Assembly (NCBI GenBank): GCA_040437565.1
Contig: JBDOQK010000008.1
Span: 496,001-560,000 of the forward strand
Length of the DNA stretch: 64,000 nt
Direction: 5' to 3'
DNA from: Albugo candida
Lineage: Eukaryota
The translations under genes were made by a program, and so were the position numbers. Below are positions 57,897 through 64,000 of the stretch, one piece after another. The first letter of the stretch is position 1. The number at the start of each line of letters is the position of its first letter. The notes under the pieces were generated by a model, which saw only the letters and a program-made list of their open reading frames with translations, made no database searches and was not told the DNA's origin.

Positions 57897-58180
57897 TGTT
57901 GGGTTTCACAAGCTCTGCACATTCATTGGATTGAAGCAGACAATATGGAGACACGCACAACTCTCAATCAGTATCATTCCACAACTAGCAAATTGTATTA
58001 TAATAAGTTGAATGTGCATGTTTATGTGCAGGTATTTTCTATCAAAAGTATGTATCAGTACTATTATAATAGTACTTCGATATTGAGGGTGCCTGCTCGA
58101 CCTATCCATGTCCTCTTCATGTTCTATTCATGTCCTATCCATATTAGGCAAGTTTTCATGCTTCATGACTGTCTTCTACA
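57897..58180. mobile_element. Possible solo LTR fragment
   Basis: 284 bp bounded by TGT...ACA on both strands (TGTTGG.../...CTACA), with a TATA-containing 20-bp palindrome and short internal repeats. No TSD, PBS or PPT found. Confidence 0.25.
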
Positions 58181-58918
58181 GAAAATGTTGGTGGATCCAG
58201 ATGTATCCTTGAGTATGGCTTGGGAAAAGATCTGAATAAATGTAATCAATCACTTGTCTTCTCATATTTCGAGTTGAAGCAGTGCAGTTCATCGATGAGA
58301 GTCAGTTAGGAGACTGCTGTTTTCTCGTTGCATCTATCGCTCAAAAATTCTTATTGGACCAGAAGTGAATCTGAATACAGGCTAATGTCAGAGAGACTGT
58401 GCACAAAAACGAATCGTAGGCACCAATTATATGTTTTATCACGAACATCAAAATGCATGCAGACAGGTCCAGGAAGCAAAGCTAATTATTATCGTATGGC
58501 ACATCCGCTCTCTTAGGCCTAAACTTCAAGAAGCATTTTTCTCAGTTTTCTTGTAGAAAACATGTAAGCACGTGAAATCTTTCGAGATTGTCTATCTCAT
58601 CGCAATTGCGAGCAGGCATCAAATGTTTACTATTTATCACGCATCAGCGCAATCGATAGTTTCAATTTGGCAGTCGGTCGGTTGCTGCTTCAACGAAAGA
58701 AATAGTCGTAAATCTTAACGCAGATGTAAGGAACCACAAGTCAAATTGCCTTCTGTTGTCGGCGACGGTGTCAAAAGTGTCATTATCACTTCATTGAAGA
58801 GATTCTGTCGATGATTACTGAATGCGGATACTTTTTGATGCCCAGCAAAAAGTTAGTGCTTAAGGTGAAAGCTTAATATGACTTCTGTGCAGGTTCATGT
58901 GGCCACATCAATTACGCC

Positions 58919-59567
58919 ATGGTGCAACTGCGCAAGCTGATGGGCACCCAATCCGAAGGATGTTTTGAATGTATGTATACGAAGCACAAGACGCAAAAGC
59001 GGAAGATATGGCATGATGGTTACATCCAACTAAACGCAATGTCTCGAAAGGTGCAATTGTACGAGGCTGTACCGCCGAATGGTAAAATTGTACATTTCTT
59101 TTTCAAACACCGATACTTATCTGCCCAAATAGCCGCGTTGGTCGAAGAAGGGACTTTGACGGTATATCAATGGGATCGCGGTAATGAGGAATACATATCG
59201 CTGACAAAGTAATGCTACACTACCAAGGCTACAGCACACTAAAAAGCTTCGTGCCAGGCATCTAATAGATATCCTGAACTTTGATCAAGTAACAAACAAT
59301 GGGATGAACTGTAACACTCAAAAGCCTCACTATACAAAACTTCACGATATTACACCATCTAATAAGCAAAAGAAGCAGCGGTATGATGATCCAATTTTGG
59401 ACACCAATGGTTTCATTGACATTTCCAAAATCACAACTACGAGCTGGACGAAGAAGCAGCCGCAAAAGCGTAAATCAGGTACCGTTACCTCATTCTACTG
59501 TGTCTTTTATACGACTATAATATTCTGATTAGTTGCCGAAATTCAAGAATTTCTTGCCAGCATTTGA
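58919..59567 (+). CDS. Stand-alone DUF2439 (ZGRF1/Mte1 N-terminal-like) protein, multi-exon
   Basis: FECMYTKHKTQKRKIWHDGYIQL is the DUF2439 signature. Spliced continuation KHLIDILNF... ends RKSVAEIQEFLASI* at 59567. Confidence 0.7.
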
Positions 59568-59876
59568 GTTCTCTGCGATGCACCAGGACCACGAGCCTCG
59601 AATTAAAGATTGCATCCACTAGCAAACCTATTGGAATCTTAACTTCCCATCACAAATCTTCTTTTTCAGCAATATTCAAATTCATGATTTCATCATATTA
59701 TTTTTTTTTGACAAAAAGAATACTTCTTAGAGCCCAAAATCGAACCATTTTTGCAGCTTCAGCGATATCATTCGAAATTGCAATAACGATAATAGAACGC
59801 CAATTCGACCTGCATTCGTTGGATTGGCTAATTATACACAATCTAATTCGTAAAAACCAATCACATCCGCTCAGCA

Positions 59877-60385
59877 ATGGACAATTACCCGAGCATCAAA
59901 GCCATTGCGCACCTTCAAGAAGTGAGTTTATTATGGTGTTTCCTGCCGTTTAGATATTCTCATATACTTCTTTTTGTGACATCAAGCTTTTCCTCAATGG
60001 AAAGTTGGATCCAGATCTGGAAAAACTGAAGAGAAACCCGCAATTTCGCAGCAAATATGTCTCTCTTCGACAGCATTGCGATGCCACACTACAGAATCTA
60101 CGAAGAGCACAACACGCATCCGATGCATCCGGATCGCAATTTGATCAAGACATCAACGTCTCCTTGAACGCGTATCTTTCCAATCTGTCGTGCGTCGCCA
60201 ACATTTTATGCCCAAACATATACAAAGCGTGGGCGGATTGTGTGACGCAATCGTTAGATTTTGAAGAATCATTCGATCAGTGTGGACTGAAGAAGCGAAT
60301 GCTTGAAAGGTGCTTACGATCTGAGACTGAAAGCATGTTGGGAGTGATTCAGCATTCTCAATCATATCCGCGACCAGAAGATTGA
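59877..60385 (+). CDS. Hypothetical protein, about 147 aa, 2 exons
   Basis: ATG 59877 (MDNYPSIKAIAHLQE); intron GTGAGT...AG 59922-59986 joins in frame to the 60005 ORF; CCAAT boxes just upstream (59823-59828, 59857-59861). Confidence 0.55.
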
Positions 60386-60438
60386 GATGACAAAAGCTTC
60401 CTTTCAACGTTTTATATTTTTTGTTTACGATCAATCTC

Positions 60439-62471
60439 TTAAGAGATTTGGTACGCTTCAGTAGACAAGAGTTTATCAAATCCAAAATCGATTTTGGACG
60501 AGTGCTCATCGGCATGGAAAACTGCTTCCACATCGACATCACAGTACACGTTTCGCGAAAAGAATGATACTGTCACAGGAAAGAATCCATCCATGTTGCT
60601 GCCATGAATGCTAAACTCTAAAGTACCCGAGCTGTTTCTGCAATGCATATTAGACGCAGATTCTGACTGATTGAATGCATTATTCACGTACGACGAATCA
60701 ATACAATCCAAATGCCATAGCAATGCTCCATCCGAAGGTTTGTGTCGGTACTGACCGTCGATATGAGCGATTTGAGGCCCCTCGCTGGATCCAAGAGGAA
60801 TAAGTATATCGACATTTTCAAGCTTCATTTCTGGGCGCTCCATCGAGTATTCCATGCTGACATTTATCTGAGCGACAAATATGAGTATATTAGACAGATC
60901 GTGGAATGCCCAGAGACAAACCAGACCTTTCCGCCGCTTTCTTCTTCAGGCCAGCAAGTGATGTTCAGCGGTAAATACGATTCATCCTGTGTCTTGAAGC
61001 TCCAACGAAGAACGCCCACACGACTGGATGGAAACGATTTGCTCGAATCCTGATGCAAAACATGTGATAATCAATATAATCAAAAGCATTGAAACCAGGT
61101 CATACTTTGAGCCCTAGAATGCTGTCTTGGTCAAATAGTTTCTTGTCGACTTTTGGATGCGTCTGATATGAAAAGCGGACGTCAGAATCATTTTGACCCG
61201 AAACGATAAAATACGAAACCTGAACGGTAATTTCGCTTGAAGGTAATGCCCGTAGACGGAGTCGACATCGCCCGCTTGCTGGGTCATTTACCGTCACAAA
61301 TAAACTGCCTTTAATCTCGAGTTGTTCCATATTGCCTTCTCGTGTCAGCTGGACTGCAATCTTCTCCTCTACAACTATGCCAACAGGATCCTTGCTCACT
61401 GCAACTAGAGTTCGATTCAGTATACTTAAAAATGCAATAGAGGCACGAGACGACCTTGTGGTTGAGGTACCACAACGGCATCCACGGGAGCGCTCATTTG
61501 TGGAACGGCTTTGAGATCGTCTTCAGCCGCCATCGCATCCAAAAAGCTTTTACCCGATTTGGAGCCTGATCCTCCAAGCTTCATACCGAGCGATTTTGCT
61601 GCATTCGATCTTTCCTGTTCCACTCTATTACTCGCACTATACGGCGAAGTAGGTGCCGGTGAGGAAGACGAGAAGCTACTGCTCATTCCACCCATAGCTC
61701 GTGGAGAATCCGATCCAAAGCCACTTCCAAATGAAGTTTGACCGTACGAACTACTCAATCCAGCACGTTCCAATCGTGCACGTTCCCGTTGTTCCTCCTT
61801 GATCCTTATTGTATGACGTTTCATATCGTCTTTTGCGGCAGCTCGCTTGCTTTCCATAATCATATTTTGCAGCTTTTCTTCATGCGACTCCATTTCCATA
61901 TTGATACGAATTTGCTGGAGAGTGATATTTTCCGAATGACCTCCTGCGGAAATCAGTTCGTCAAACCCAAATACCAACTCAAACTGTTTTTCTCGAACAG
62001 CAGATTCACTCAAAGATCCACAGATATCAGGAATCAACTTGGCTAGGATCTGTATCGTATGCAGATCTTCCATTATATTACTCGTTTTGTTTGTAATGAG
62101 CAATACAAAGTAGTTTTCCAGAGGCTGGTAGACATATCGAACGCTTTCTGTATCAATAAAAGTATGCTCTCGCTGGCCGCTAGAAAGGAGCTTGGGGAAG
62201 GCTGTCAAAAGACCCTGAGAGTCGCAAACGATCAGCAGTGAGACTCCAAGGAGCAACAATTCAAACCTCAATTCGAATTCGTGTGATTTCCACAAATTGT
62301 CGAGCAACAAGCACTGACAGATAATTGTCAGCGTTTTAATAGAAGCCGCAGATATATGGAGTACCTTTGCCATTTCGAGTAAGAAGAGCAGCAGATAGAA
62401 CAACCTACGCGTGCATTATCGAGATAAATTAATATAGGGAGACAGCACGGGTAATATCGGTTGAATACCAT
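60439..62471 (-). CDS. ARCN1: Coatomer subunit delta (multi-exon)
   Basis: M|VVLSAALLTRNGK|VLVARQFVEITRIRIE|GLLTAFPKL...HTFIDTESVRYVYQPLE; MEMESHEEKL; mu-homology domain QTHPKVDK, VLRW, LPLNITCWPEE, SGTLEF, FFPVTVSF. Confidence 0.96.
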
Positions 62472-62736
62472 GATTCACAACAGAGCAAATATTTCCAATA
62501 TGAGCACAATGAGCGATAGAATCGAGCGCGTATGGCGACAGTGGCGCTTCTTAGTTTAAAAGTAGGGGTTATTAATTAGAGCTGTTACATATAGTGTGGA
62601 AGACATCAAAGCAGACAATGTTGCAGTTGCAGCAACAAGCGCGCGAGTGTGATGACACAACACTTTGCTTTCAGACAGCATTAATGACGCAGAGATAGAC
62701 ACTTTGTATGCGAGCATCATTTATATCGGAACGACT

Positions 62737-64000
62737 TTATAAATTTGATGGCAGTGATTCGACAGCTGCCATATCTTCCACTTTTTCACCATTCACAACA
62801 TATTCGAGCTTTACACGCATAAGAACAGGTTTCTGCACATAAATACACATTCATGAACAGAATAACCGAATAATCGATAACTTGCGAACCTGCGAATGCA
62901 TCGTATTTTGTATTTTAACCATTTGCGTAACAGCAGAAATTGTGTTTGCAGGAAGTACTGAGCCGCTGGGAGGTTCCATCTTCAGTTTTATATATTTGGG
63001 AAATGCTGCGAGAAATACAAATTGGTCTACTTGAAATGAGTTTCTGTTGCTGAAGATCGCTCGAATAAAAGTGACGGATGGATCGTCTGTGTTCGGCTTG
63101 ACGGGTGTAAGATCCATTATGATGCCATTTTTGTCGTATCCGCGCACCGTACCACTCGGTAAAGACGGCTCCGATACGCGCAATTGTATTGGAGTGCTGG
63201 ATGCAGATTTTTGGGAAGTGGATACCGTTAAATCAAGAAGACCTCCCAGTAAATCCGTGCTGTCCGATTTGACTACTGGAACTGGTGCTACAACGACTGG
63301 AGCTGGAGGCAATGTGGGAGCTACGGAATCTTGAGATGCACCTAACGAAAAGATATCGCTGAGAAGGTCGACTGTGTTAGAAGGTGCAACAGATCCATTT
63401 TGTGACTCCTGTTGTTCTGAGGCTGAGGCTGGAGTTGTACTTTGACCTCCTCCGAAGATATCATCCAGATCCAGCAGATTGGGTGCTGTATCAGCTACTT
63501 TCTGGGAGAATGAGTCTGTATGTCGTGGGATACTATCGTCTTCTAGAAGATCTGTTGTGGTGGCAGTGAGACCACTACCGACAGTCGATAGTCGTGTGTC
63601 TCGATCTCGAAACTTGGCAATGTCGATAGGCGGCATATTGGCGAGAATCGAAGGGCGTAGAGCTGCCCAATGCTGCTCCCCTAAGATAGTATACTCACAG
63701 GATCGTTGCTGTAACTCCACCAACATGGACGTGCTGTAGGTACTAATGATCGCTTGAAGCCTCACAATCTGCTCGGTATCGTTGAATCTTGTGGTCAGCT
63801 TCACGCAAGCGTTCAAGAGATACGCTCGGGTCACATCGGTGGTCGTATGATGCCGTAAAATACGATAGAAGAGATCAATTACTTGACTCTCTATGACGGT
63901 TTTCTTGGATGCAGAAACATCTTCGTCTTTCGAGCAAAACCCGAGCATTAAATTTCCGTATTCGCCAATACACCAGACGCCCACTTGCACGAGAGACAGC
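62737..64000 (-). CDS. AP1G1: AP-1 complex gamma-adaptin, 3' part (runs off window)
   Basis: VGVWCIGEYG, KLTTRF, VELQQRSCEY, ILANMPP; hinge with LLDLD/DLL clathrin-box-like motifs; ear domain FVFLAAFPKYIKLKMEPPSG; last exon KPVLMRVKLEY...PSNL* at 62737. Confidence 0.95.

Noticed and set aside
5180-63739. Numerous short antisense or nested ORFs in the six-frame track
   Set aside because: They overlap well-supported genes on the opposite strand or frame and carry no recognisable motifs.
667-64000. Membrane-trafficking 'cluster' (Sec15, delta-COP, gamma-adaptin)
   Set aside because: Sec15 is more than 55 kb from the others with unrelated genes between; such genes are common and the adjacency is plausibly chance.

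Overview
Eukaryotic, compact genomic DNA with short GT-AG introns. It is most likely an oomycete of the genus Albugo (white rust); this is inferred from a signal-peptide + CxxCxxxxxG 'CCG'-class effector, zoospore flagellar genes and the gene density. Two gene-dense housekeeping blocks (1-44 kb: Sec15, Hsp70, SCP2-like, Acinus, multi-PH, WDR55, cNMP-dependent kinase, CFAP54, eIF2-gamma, CFAP57, TEX10/Ipi1, GMPPA, RING-H2; 58.9-64 kb: DUF2439, delta-COP, gamma-adaptin) flank a gene-sparse island (~44-58.8 kb). The island holds one intact CCG effector built from about five Cys-patterned modules, a membrane-anchored M14 carboxypeptidase and, by my reading, four to five decayed CCG-like relics that the ORF track misses (an effector birth-and-death graveyard). 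There is also an internally deleted Mutator-like element. Nine 100-N gaps are present and eight are flanked by direct duplications that are assembly overlaps. One of these (inside Sec15) has two clearly divergent copies, suggesting haplotypes. All calls are by eye; no database searches were run.
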